From contig CBDBGH010000003.1 in assembly GCA_965205265.1 (NCBI GenBank), positions 4,896,001 through 4,960,000 of the forward strand: 64,000 bases of DNA, read 5' to 3'. The stretch is from Alphaproteobacteria bacterium. Its GTDB lineage: Bacteria > Pseudomonadota > Alphaproteobacteria > Bin95. A program made the position numbers and the translations under genes. Shown piece by piece: positions 28,915 to 37,182 of this stretch (positions are counted from its first letter, which is position 1; every line of letters starts with the position of its first letter). The notes beneath the pieces are model-generated. The model had not been told where the DNA came from. It saw only the letters and a list, made by a program, of their open reading frames with translations, and searched no databases.

Positions 28915-31900
28915 TCAGGCTGCCACCGGCTGCCGCTGCGGGCGGTCCAGGCTTGCCAGCACGCGGCGGCCCTCGAGGGCGTCCTTCGCTGTCGGCGGAC
29001 CGCCCGCCGGACCGCGCTGGGCGGCCACGCTCTTCGTCATCATTGCGCTCAGCGCCGCCAGACTGCGCTCGAGATGCACCATCTGCTCGGAAAACTCCGG
29101 CTCCTCTGCCGAAGCCGGGCTCGCCCCGGTTTCCCCGGCCACCAGCGTATTCTCGGCAAGAAGCATCCCGAGGATACCGGGATAGCGTTCCTTCGCCGTC
29201 GCCCCGTTCAAGGCCATGTCCACATGCTTCGCCCGCACCGGCGACGGCGAAGGCTTCGGTTCGGCCAACGGCTCCGTCTCCTCGCCGCCGTCCGCCTCGG
29301 CGGACGGTTCGGGTTCGAGGTCTTCGGCCAGCTTCACTCCTCCGCCGGCAGCGGCCGCCGAAACATCGCCGTCGCTGTCGCCGGGCGCCCCTGCCGCCGT
29401 TTCCGGTTCCGCTGCGGCCTCCGGCTCCTCGCCGGCCGCCTCGGCCAGAACCTCGAGCAGCAGGACCGGGGCGGCGGCAGGGGCCTGCTCCGAAACGGCT
29501 GTCCGGCATTCGACCAGCAGGTCCTCGCCCGCCCCCTTCGCGTCGATCTCCGGCGCCGGGTCGCTCCTGGCGATCCCGACAGCCGCCGCCTGCAGGGCCG
29601 TCTTGAAGGCCTCCTCGACCGACTGGTCCAGACCCGGCACCCGGTCGAGCGGGCCCCGGATCTTGAGGAAGCGGTTGACCGCGAATTCCGGCGCGAAGTC
29701 CTCGCCGATATAGAAGGTCCGGGCGAGCTCCAGCTTCGAATCGAACAGGAAGAAAAATTGTCCGGGCGCCATGTCCTGGAGATCCTGGACCTTCACCCGC
29801 GCCGTCTGCTGGAACGACACTTCCGGACGGTCGACCCACTTCCGCCCGTAGAAGGTCTCCTGAGCCTGCATGCCGCCCGTGACGGCCACCTGCTCCTCGC
29901 CCATGACCTTGGAGATATAGTCCATTGTTTTCGCCCCATCGACGGTCTTGCCGACAGCGAGCGTGCTTGCGTTCGCAAGCGCCGTCTCGGCGATCTGGGC
30001 GGACACCTTCTGCATGGCCGACATGTCCTGGCCGGCGAGGATGATGCAGAATCCCAGTGAGCGCGCCTGGGCCATCATCACATCGATGCCGTTCACCATA
30101 TAATACCCGACCTCGTCCAGAACAACGATGAACGGGCTCGGCGCCCGCGTCTGGTCGGCCTCGATGATTTCGGAGAATCCGCCCTGGAGCGTGGCGCCCG
30201 AGACCTTCGCCATCGTCATCTTGACGTTCGAGACGACGATTTTCCCGCAGTTGCGCATTTCCTCCTCGGCTTTTTGAAGCGCTGGAAGAAGGACAATAAG
30301 AATTCTCCTGTTTATGACAATATCTTCTATGTCCACTTCTCCAAGAGGCGTATTGAAAATATGACCGAAATCATCCGCCATACCGCCCAAAGGTTTCGTT
30401 AATTGCATACTCAAAAAACCGTACTGTTCTGATGCTTTACTTTCCTGCGGATCCCCGTTCAACGCTTTTTTAAGTGCAAAACCGGGCAAACTGTCGAAGA
30501 AACCTTTCAGCGCAAGCTTGCTGCTTGTCGAAAATTCCCCGCGCAAGGCGCGCAAATAAAGCTCGATCATCCCGCCACGTTCGCGCAATTCCGCCCAGGC
30601 GGCCTCCGGAACCTCCTCGATCTTCTCGATCTTGCCGGCCTTCCCGCCGAGCTTGGACTTCATGAAACCCTTGCCGAGCGGCAGGAAATCGCGGACCGCC
30701 TGCACGTTGAGCAGGATGTCGCCGCTCTCGCGCATCTCGACCAGGGCCTTCATCGCGCTGGTGACGAGCGACATCGCCCTCGACTTCCACATGTCGTTGC
30801 CCGAGCCGGCATCGCCCATCAGCGACACGATCAGGTTCATGAGATTGTCAGCCGAGCCCTTCGCGAACGGATTCATGGTGTTGGTCTGGGAGGTCGGCCC
30901 GCCGGCGGGGCGGTCCGAATCCTCCACGCCCATGAAGTTCAGCACCCGTACATCGTCCTCGCGCCCGAAACGCTTCGCGAGAGACCAGATGCGCGCGTAA
31001 AAGACTCTGGTGCCCTTCCCGTCAATGAAAAGGAACCCCGAAGACCACATCAAAGCCTGCGATATCAGGCCCAGCAGCAGCTCCGTATTGTGCGTCGTGA
31101 CATAGCCCTCGACGACATAGAGGCCGTCCTCGCGGTCGACCTTGAGGCACGACATTTCCGCGCCGGCCTCGACGGGCTCGACCGCGGCGATCGTGATTCC
31201 CTCCTCGTCGAGCCTGCCGACGAGGCTTTCCGGCAGCCCTGCCGAGGCGGGAAGCGCGAAATGCACCTCGAGCAGCGGGCCCTCGACCTCCCAGAGCGCC
31301 GCGACGCCGCCGAGCGACCAGACCAGTTCCTTGAACAACCGTCCCTCGCGCCAAGAGCGCACCGCCTGCACGGCGTGCAGGCTTCCGTCCCCCGTCTCCC
31401 GGTCCAGACGCATCTGCCCGCGCCCCTCCAAGAAGGAACGCAGGAACCGCGCCCGGTCCCCCGGTGTTCCCGACAGCGCCGCCGGCGTCCGGCAGGACTC
31501 CAGCAGGCCGTTCACGGCAAGGCGGACCTGCTCCCCGTCCAGGGCCGGATACGGCCCCGAGGACGGCCTGGGCGCCGGCACGGACAGCCGCAGGCAGCGC
31601 GCCGGGGATTCCTTGGCCGCATAGACGCCGTGCAGGAACCCCAGATCGTTCGCCGTCATTACCCGGTCGCCCCAGGGGATGCTGCCGAGCTTGGCCAGAT
31701 CGGCCCCGGGATCCTCGAGCAGGCCCCGGCTCCGGGCTTCCGCGGTCAGCGCTTCCTGGTACTGCCGCACCTGCGGCAGCGCCTCGGTCCGGACATGCCA
31801 CAGATGGTCGGGCGAGCAGTCGACGAAACGCCCGTCCGAAAACCAGATCCGGACAACCGGCTGCTCCCCCTGCGGATGCACCGAGAGCACCCGGCAGGTC

Positions 31901-32451
31901 CCGCCATGCGGATGGACCAGACGGTCGCCGGGCCGGAGATCCCCGTTGCGCCGCCATCCGAACGGCGTCAGGACCAGCGTGTCCAGGGGCAGGGCCTTGC
32001 CGCTGCCCGTGGTGCCGATAATGACCATATGGCGCCGGGCGTCGGAATTGCTGATCCACAGCTCCTCGCCGGGCGCCTTCTGGCCGGTGCGGCCGGTCAC
32101 CCCCTTCGACAGGATTCCGCCGGACTTGGCGAACCGCCCGTCAATGCCGGGATGGGGATCGGAATAGTCCACGCCGCCCCAGGACACCGGGTTGCGGAAC
32201 GGGAGGTTGGAGCGGCGTGAGGTGAACCACAGCAGGTAAAGGGCCGCCATCGGCGGCAAGAGGAACCAGAGCGCCGGGGCGATCAGCATGCCGAGCACGA
32301 TGGCGAGCACCACCATGACAGCCGACGGCTTCTTCTGGAGAGCCCGCGAGGCCTTCGCCGGGCCTGTCATCACCGAGCGGCGCATCTGCGCCGAGCCCAC
32401 GCGCATTTCCGGTGACGGATTTGTCGGATCGCGGCTTTTCAGGATGGCCAT
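28915..32451 (-). CDS. dotL: Type IVB coupling ATPase DotL/IcmO/TrbC-like, intein-containing
   Basis: N-terminal TMs; RHMVIIGTTGSGK/TE; IDGKG; NTMNPF; LDEVGYY; AQARSLGF; adjacent to dotM-like gene. Confidence 0.85.
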   Translation of the reverse strand: MAILKSRDPTNPSPEMRVGSAQMRRSVMTGPAKASRALQKKPSAVMVVLAIVLGMLIAPALWFLLPPMAALYLLWFTSRRSNLPFRNPVSWGGVDYSDPHPGIDGRFAKSGGILSKGVTGRTGQKAPGEELWISNSDARRHMVIIGTTGSGKALPLDTLVLTPFGWRRNGDLRPGDRLVHPHGGTCRVLSVHPQGEQPVVRIWFSDGRFVDCSPDHLWHVRTEALPQVRQYQEALTAEARSRGLLEDPGADLAKLGSIPWGDRVMTANDLGFLHGVYAAKESPARCLRLSVPAPRPSSGPYPALDGEQVRLAVNGLLESCRTPAALSGTPGDRARFLRSFLEGRGQMRLDRETGDGSLHAVQAVRSWREGRLFKELVWSLGGVAALWEVEGPLLEVHFALPASAGLPESLVGRLDEEGITIAAVEPVEAGAEMSCLKVDREDGLYVVEGYVTTHNTELLLGLISQALMWSSGFLFIDGKGTRVFYARIWSLAKRFGREDDVRVLNFMGVEDSDRPAGGPTSQTNTMNPFAKGSADNLMNLIVSLMGDAGSGNDMWKSRAMSLVTSAMKALVEMRESGDILLNVQAVRDFLPLGKGFMKSKLGGKAGKIEKIEEVPEAAWAELRERGGMIELYLRALRGEFSTSSKLALKGFFDSLPGFALKKALNGDPQESKASEQYGFLSMQLTKPLGGMADDFGHIFNTPLGEVDIEDIVINRRILIVLLPALQKAEEEMRNCGKIVVSNVKMTMAKVSGATLQGGFSEIIEADQTRAPSPFIVVLDEVGYYMVNGIDVMMAQARSLGFCIILAGQDMSAMQKVSAQIAETALANASTLAVGKTVDGAKTMDYISKVMGEEQVAVTGGMQAQETFYGRKWVDRPEVSFQQTARVKVQDLQDMAPGQFFFLFDSKLELARTFYIGEDFAPEFAVNRFLKIRGPLDRVPGLDQSVEEAFKTALQAAAVGIARSDPAPEIDAKGAGEDLLVECRTAVSEQAPAAAPVLLLEVLAEAAGEEPEAAAEPETAAGAPGDSDGDVSAAAAGGGVKLAEDLEPEPSAEADGGEETEPLAEPKPSPSPVRAKHVDMALNGATAKERYPGILGMLLAENTLVAGETGASPASAEEPEFSEQMVHLERSLAALSAMMTKSVAAQRGPAGGPPTAKDALEGRRVLASLDRPQRQPVAA
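31087..31995 (-). mobile_element. Class 3 intein (303 aa) with degenerate LAGLIDADG-like remnant
   Basis: K/ALPLDT start; CSPDHLW; MSCLKV; VTTHN/T end. Confidence 0.88.
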
Positions 32452-32483
32452 GGTTCTTTCCCTCTACCCGACGCGGGCGCCGT

Positions 32484-34259
32484 TCAGCGCTCGTCGTCCT
32501 CCTCCCTCGCCCGGTAGCGCCTGCGTTCCGGGTCGCGCATGGGATGACGATGGGGCGGACGCCTCTCGTCATCATCGTCATCGTCGTCGCGCCGCATTTG
32601 CTGCATGCGCCGCCGACGCTCCCAGTCCCTGCGTTCCTCGTCATAGCCCGCCGGCCCGGGGCCCATGGCCCTGCCGGCGCCGGGCCGGCCTCCCGGCCTG
32701 TCCCATCCGGCGGCGGGGCCCATCGCCCGGCCGCCCAGGCCGCCAGCGGCCGCCTCTTCCTCGGCCTTCTTCTCCGCCTCGGCCGCCGCCCTCGCCCTTT
32801 CGGCCTCGGCTTCGGCCGCCTCGTCCGCGAGCAGGTTCGGATTGTCGAAAATAGCCTGGATTGTCTGGCCCGGCGTGCGCGCACGGGCCTCCTTCCTGCG
32901 CCGTTGCTCGACACGTTCCGGACGCATGTCCAGGTAATCCTCGACAACGGCCCTGGCCGCCTGATAGGTCGCCGGCCGGGCCATGGGCGACTCGTACTGG
33001 ACCTCGGCCCTGTAGTGGCCGATGACCGCCGCCCCCTCGATGCTCGCAACCTCGGAACCCAGGGCGGCGAGCACGTACCAGAGCCGCCGGTTCTCGCGCT
33101 TCAGCCACTGGAAGGAGGCCCCGGCGAGCACGCCCCTGTCCTTTCTGGCCACCTCCATCATCCGGCAACAGGCCGTGTACAGGTAATAGTGACCGGACAT
33201 GCGCTCCAGAAGGTTCGCGCCGGCCTGCGACGACAGCACGCCATCCACCCCCGCCATCAGGCCCGGCTCGTCCTCGAGCAGGCGGTCGAACGCCCCGACC
33301 GGTTCCCGGCATACCACCTCGTAGAGGGCGCCCAGTTCCTGAAGCAGCCTGTTGCCGCCCGAGGTATCGAAATCCAGGAACCGGGCGCAGACCGCCATCA
33401 GCGCCCTCAGATGCGGCGGCAGCCTTTCGGTCCGGCCCGTCCAGACCGGGCCGATATCCGCCTCGAGCAGCTCCCGCACCGTATCGATCGACATCGCCTC
33501 CCAGCGATGCTCGAACTCATAGTCCGCCGCGCTTTCGTTGGTGAAGGAAACCGGCTTGCCGCGGTCTTCCGATCCCGTGAGGCTGGAGTAGGTCTCCTCG
33601 TCGTAGGTTGCCCCGGTTGCGAGCAGCCATTCCTCCGGCCGCAGCGACCGCGCCCAGGGCGGCGGGGCGACCGGTGTCGGCGAGGGCCGCACGAGCATGC
33701 CCAGATCCCCGGCGCCGCACTGGCTGTGGAACCGCCTCCCGACCTCGTCGGCCGTGCGCCTCAGGTCGAATTCGCGTTCCTTCAGGAAATTGATGCTGCG
33801 CGGGAGCCTTCCTGTCCACCAGGTCTTGGAATGCTCCGCGATCATGCTGTCCATGGTGTGGCGGTTGTTATAGATGTCCTCCGGGCGCACCCGGACCGAC
33901 CGGGCGATGACCCACAACAGCGGAATCCCGTAGATCGGCACGGCGCAGAACGCCGCCGCCCGGTTCACGACCGACGCCTGGGCGGCATTCATCGTGGACG
34001 GATCCGCACTTGTGAGGAAGTCGTAAACCAGTTCGGCCCGTCCGAACGGAATGCCGATAACCCCGAGAAAGGGCAGCAGTTTGGTCAGCCAGGCATAGGG
34101 CGCGACATGGATGAGCGCCACGGCCCCGTAAAGGCTGTTCAGGTCGCCCCGATAGCGGTCGAGCGCCAGCCCTGCAAGCAGGAACAGGCCTATCGCCACC
34201 CCCATCAGGACCAGGAAGTCGCTGTCGCTCCTGCCCTGCTGGTCGCCGGGACCGGCCAT
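32484..34259 (-). CDS. dotM: DotM/IcmP/TrbA-like protein
   Basis: N-terminal TMs; WARSLRPEEW; ARKDRGVLA..FQWLK..R.LWY.L..LG; IEGAAVIGHY.AE. Confidence 0.8.
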   Translation of the reverse strand: MAGPGDQQGRSDSDFLVLMGVAIGLFLLAGLALDRYRGDLNSLYGAVALIHVAPYAWLTKLLPFLGVIGIPFGRAELVYDFLTSADPSTMNAAQASVVNRAAAFCAVPIYGIPLLWVIARSVRVRPEDIYNNRHTMDSMIAEHSKTWWTGRLPRSINFLKEREFDLRRTADEVGRRFHSQCGAGDLGMLVRPSPTPVAPPPWARSLRPEEWLLATGATYDEETYSSLTGSEDRGKPVSFTNESAADYEFEHRWEAMSIDTVRELLEADIGPVWTGRTERLPPHLRALMAVCARFLDFDTSGGNRLLQELGALYEVVCREPVGAFDRLLEDEPGLMAGVDGVLSSQAGANLLERMSGHYYLYTACCRMMEVARKDRGVLAGASFQWLKRENRRLWYVLAALGSEVASIEGAAVIGHYRAEVQYESPMARPATYQAARAVVEDYLDMRPERVEQRRRKEARARTPGQTIQAIFDNPNLLADEAAEAEAERARAAAEAEKKAEEEAAAGGLGGRAMGPAAGWDRPGGRPGAGRAMGPGPAGYDEERRDWERRRRMQQMRRDDDDDDDERRPPHRHPMRDPERRRYRAREEDDER

Positions 34260-34260
34260 G

Positions 34261-34638
34261 TCAGGCGCTCAGCGCGGCGGCGCCCGTCATTGTCCTCACC
34301 TCGCTGGCCAGGTGCCCCGCCGCTTCCCTGATATGCCGCCGGTAGAATTCCGGCAGGAATTGACCGCCCAGAAGATCGGACAGCCGTTTCAGGCGCCGGC
34401 CGTCGATATTGGGATTCCTGTCATGGCTGTCGCTCAGGATCTCGAGCGTGTGATCTATCGCGAACGGCAGCTCCTCATGGCGGCTGAGACCCGCATGCCT
34501 CATGTTCGCGAGCGTGATTGTCAGGAGTTCCTCCACGCACCGCTCGCGTCCCAGCCATGTCGCCGCCAGTTCGCCGTCGCAGCGCGTCGGCCCGACCACC
34601 CGGAGCATCATCTCCGCATCACCGTAAAGATCGGACAT
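34261..34638 (-). CDS. Hypothetical protein
   Basis: Tightly coupled upstream of dotM. Confidence 0.55.
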   Translation of the reverse strand: MSDLYGDAEMMLRVVGPTRCDGELAATWLGRERCVEELLTITLANMRHAGLSRHEELPFAIDHTLEILSDSHDRNPNIDGRRLKRLSDLLGGQFLPEFYRRHIREAAGHLASEVRTMTGAAALSA

Positions 34639-34714
34639 GCTTCAGCTTGCACTCCCCTGTCGTAACGCGCCCCGTACATACGGAGTGTAGCAGAAACTGC
34701 CGGGGCAGAAAGTC

Positions 34715-35257
34715 TCACGGGCTGTAGTCGGCTCCGTCATAGTCCGCGTTCCACGGCTCTATCGGCTCGACCCCCGGATATCCGTACTGCACGAGATCCT
34801 CGTAGATCGACGCGCTCTCGAGCACCTCGAGCGCGGGCCTTTCGAGATCGAGCACATCGGACATGAAATCCGCCATATGCTTCAGGTCCGCCTGCCTGGC
34901 ATCGATGACGCCGGGCTCGATGCCGCCCATCGACATGATGTATGCCACGCGGGCCGGCAGGTCATGAAACAGTTCGGGGTCGGCGAGCAGCCGCATGCCG
35001 CCGTCCCGGTCGCTCTCGTACCGGAACGCCGCCGGATCCTCGACGCTGTCCGCCTCGTATTCCATCAGCTCGATCAGGGCCCTGGTTCCGCTTGCGCCGA
35101 GATTCCCCAGGCTCTCGGCATCGATCATCACCCGGAACCCGTCCTCGAAGGCGGCCATGTTGACCGTCACGAAGCCTTCTTTCTGGAACATTCTCCTGAG
35201 GGCCGGCATGCCGCCGGGCGGGAGCGGGTAATTTTCCACAAACGGTTCGGGGGTCAC
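34715..35257 (-). CDS. Acidic hypothetical protein
   Basis: GTG start with RBS; tail DYDGADYSP. Confidence 0.65.
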   Translation of the reverse strand: MTPEPFVENYPLPPGGMPALRRMFQKEGFVTVNMAAFEDGFRVMIDAESLGNLGASGTRALIELMEYEADSVEDPAAFRYESDRDGGMRLLADPELFHDLPARVAYIMSMGGIEPGVIDARQADLKHMADFMSDVLDLERPALEVLESASIYEDLVQYGYPGVEPIEPWNADYDGADYSP

Positions 35258-35508
35258 GAGACTGCTTCTCCCTCTGTCCTTTACCCTATCGGTCCCACGC
35301 CTGAAAATTCAAAGGGGAAAACGACTCCAAATTTCCCGGAATCCCCAGATAACCGCTGTGCGACGCTCAAAATCATCCACAGACGGGCTAGAATCATCCC
35401 GTTCTCGAAGAGAATCCGTCGTCCCGCTCCGGGCCGGCGGCCCGACAATGTCCCAATCCCGGCATTCCGTGGATATGGCGGTTGCCGGATTTCCCGGAGA
35501 AGCACCGA

Positions 35509-36435
35509 ATGACGAAATTTCCCGGCCCCACCGTCATCGCAGCGGCCTTGCTGCTCTGCGCGGCGCCCGCCGTCCATGCCGCGGACGAGGAACCCCTGTT
35601 CGTCGACCGCGGCATGATCGGCGGCTGGGACATCTATTCCAGCGGCTCGAGCGTGTTCATTCCGTCCCCGGACGGCAAGTTCTTCGTCGTGGGGCGGCTC
35701 TTCAGCCGGACCGGCCAGGACATCGGCGCCGCCCTCACGGCGTCGGAACCCGCCGCGATTCCCGAGGACGTGCTCACCTACCTGAAGTCCGCCGTCCTCA
35801 TGCCTGCCGACGGCTACGGGAACTGCGATACCTGCCAGCGCACGCCCGACCAGGCGCGCGCCGCGGACGAGCCGCCTGCGCCGCCTCAGGGCCGCCCGCG
35901 CCTCGATGTGGCGGCGGCGAACCCTGCCGCGCCGGCCGCCGCCCAGGACACCCGTCCCGGGTCGCCGGTCGAGCGCCTGACCCAGGCCTACGGCTTCGAT
36001 GTCGGCTCCGGCGGCCTGCCGGTCGTCATGGTCGTCGATCCCGCCTGCCCGTTCTGCACCAGGGCCGTGCATACGCTCCGCCCGGCCATCGAACAGGGCC
36101 GCATGCTCCTGAAGGTCCGCCTGGTGGCGGGTTTCGTCAATCCCATAGAGGCCTCCCTCAACATGGCGGGGGCCATCCTCACCGCAGATGACCCCGCAGC
36201 CGAGTTCATGGATTTCATGGCCCGGCGGATCAACGACCCCGACGCCGCTTCCAGGACCTTTACCGAGGAGGCCCTCACGATCGAAATGCGCACCGGCGTA
36301 CGCGACAACGTGCGTCTTGCGCGTGAGTTGTCGATCCGCTCGGTCCCCTATTTCGCGTGGGTGGACCAGGCCGGGCGGCCGCGCCTCATGGCGGGCGTTC
36401 CGGACAGCCTCAAGGACCTTGCCGCTCCCCGGTGA
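35509..36435 (+). CDS. Periplasmic DsbC/DsbG-like (TrbB-like) thiol-disulfide protein
   Basis: Signal peptide; SPDGKFFVVG; DPACPFC; SVP. Confidence 0.78.
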   Translation: MTKFPGPTVIAAALLLCAAPAVHAADEEPLFVDRGMIGGWDIYSSGSSVFIPSPDGKFFVVGRLFSRTGQDIGAALTASEPAAIPEDVLTYLKSAVLMPADGYGNCDTCQRTPDQARAADEPPAPPQGRPRLDVAAANPAAPAAAQDTRPGSPVERLTQAYGFDVGSGGLPVVMVVDPACPFCTRAVHTLRPAIEQGRMLLKVRLVAGFVNPIEASLNMAGAILTADDPAAEFMDFMARRINDPDAASRTFTEEALTIEMRTGVRDNVRLARELSIRSVPYFAWVDQAGRPRLMAGVPDSLKDLAAPR

Positions 36436-36635
36436 TACGCTTTCGCCTTCCCGTCCCGCGGCGACGCAGGTCCCGCCTCGCGCTTATCAGGCGCGAACAG
36501 CAGGACCAGCATATCCTGCGCGTGCCGAAGGCCCGCAGGATATGCTGGATACTGCTATGCATCTGGCTGCTGGCCATGACGCTCACGGCCTTCCTGCTTG
36601 CGACCGGCCTCTGGACCCCCGGCCGCACGCCGTGA
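36432..36635 (+). CDS. Small single-TM peptide containing a 15-bp hairpin
   Basis: GTGA overlap with dsb gene; ICWILLCIWLLAMTLTAFLL. Confidence 0.35.
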   Translation: MIRFRLPVPRRRRSRLALIRREQQDQHILRVPKARRICWILLCIWLLAMTLTAFLLATGLWTPGRTP

Positions 36636-36809
36636 GCGCCCACCGACGACGCTCTCAGAGGGGAAGCCCGATTCCCCCGGGGACGGCGGCGGTGCAGAGG
36701 AATCCCCGTCCTTCGGGACAGGCAGCTGTCAAGCGTTGATGCCGATCCGGAGACAGGCCGGGGGCTCAGTGTGCTGAGGCGGGCAAGGGCAACCCGATCC
36801 GGGTGCCCG

Positions 36810-37046
36810 CTATCGTTGATAATTCGGCTTCGTGACCGCCCACCAAATAAAGATGGCCGCCACCGTGACGGTGAGAGCCCACGGACGCCAGTCCTCGACG
36901 CCGTTCATCGAAAACATGATGATGGCCACCGGAGTGCCGATGCACACATACAGCCCCAGGAACACCGCAAGCGTAATGCGGGCCGTAAAGGAAGCCGCCC
37001 CGACCATAGCGGACCCGGTTCCGCGCAAAACTCTCGAAACGCTCAT
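36810..37046 (-). CDS. Small two-TM protein, candidate entry-exclusion factor
   Basis: GGAGG RBS, own promoter, directly after dotA. Confidence 0.55.
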   Translation of the reverse strand: MSVSRVLRGTGSAMVGAASFTARITLAVFLGLYVCIGTPVAIIMFSMNGVEDWRPWALTVTVAAIFIWWAVTKPNYQR

Positions 37047-37102
37047 TTGCCGATTTCCTCCACTGCGGGAGCTGATCTTTCAGGACTGAAAATCACGTAA
37101 TG

Positions 37103-37131
37103 ATTATATCGGACTCTTACATTTACTGCAA
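37103..37131 (-). promoter_or_regulatory. Sigma70-like promoter lacking the shared operator
   Basis: TTGCAG-17-TATAAT. Confidence 0.65.
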
Positions 37132-37182
37132 CTAAATTCTTCTGCTACGCAGAAATATCGGGACATCTCTCCTCTTTTTCCC

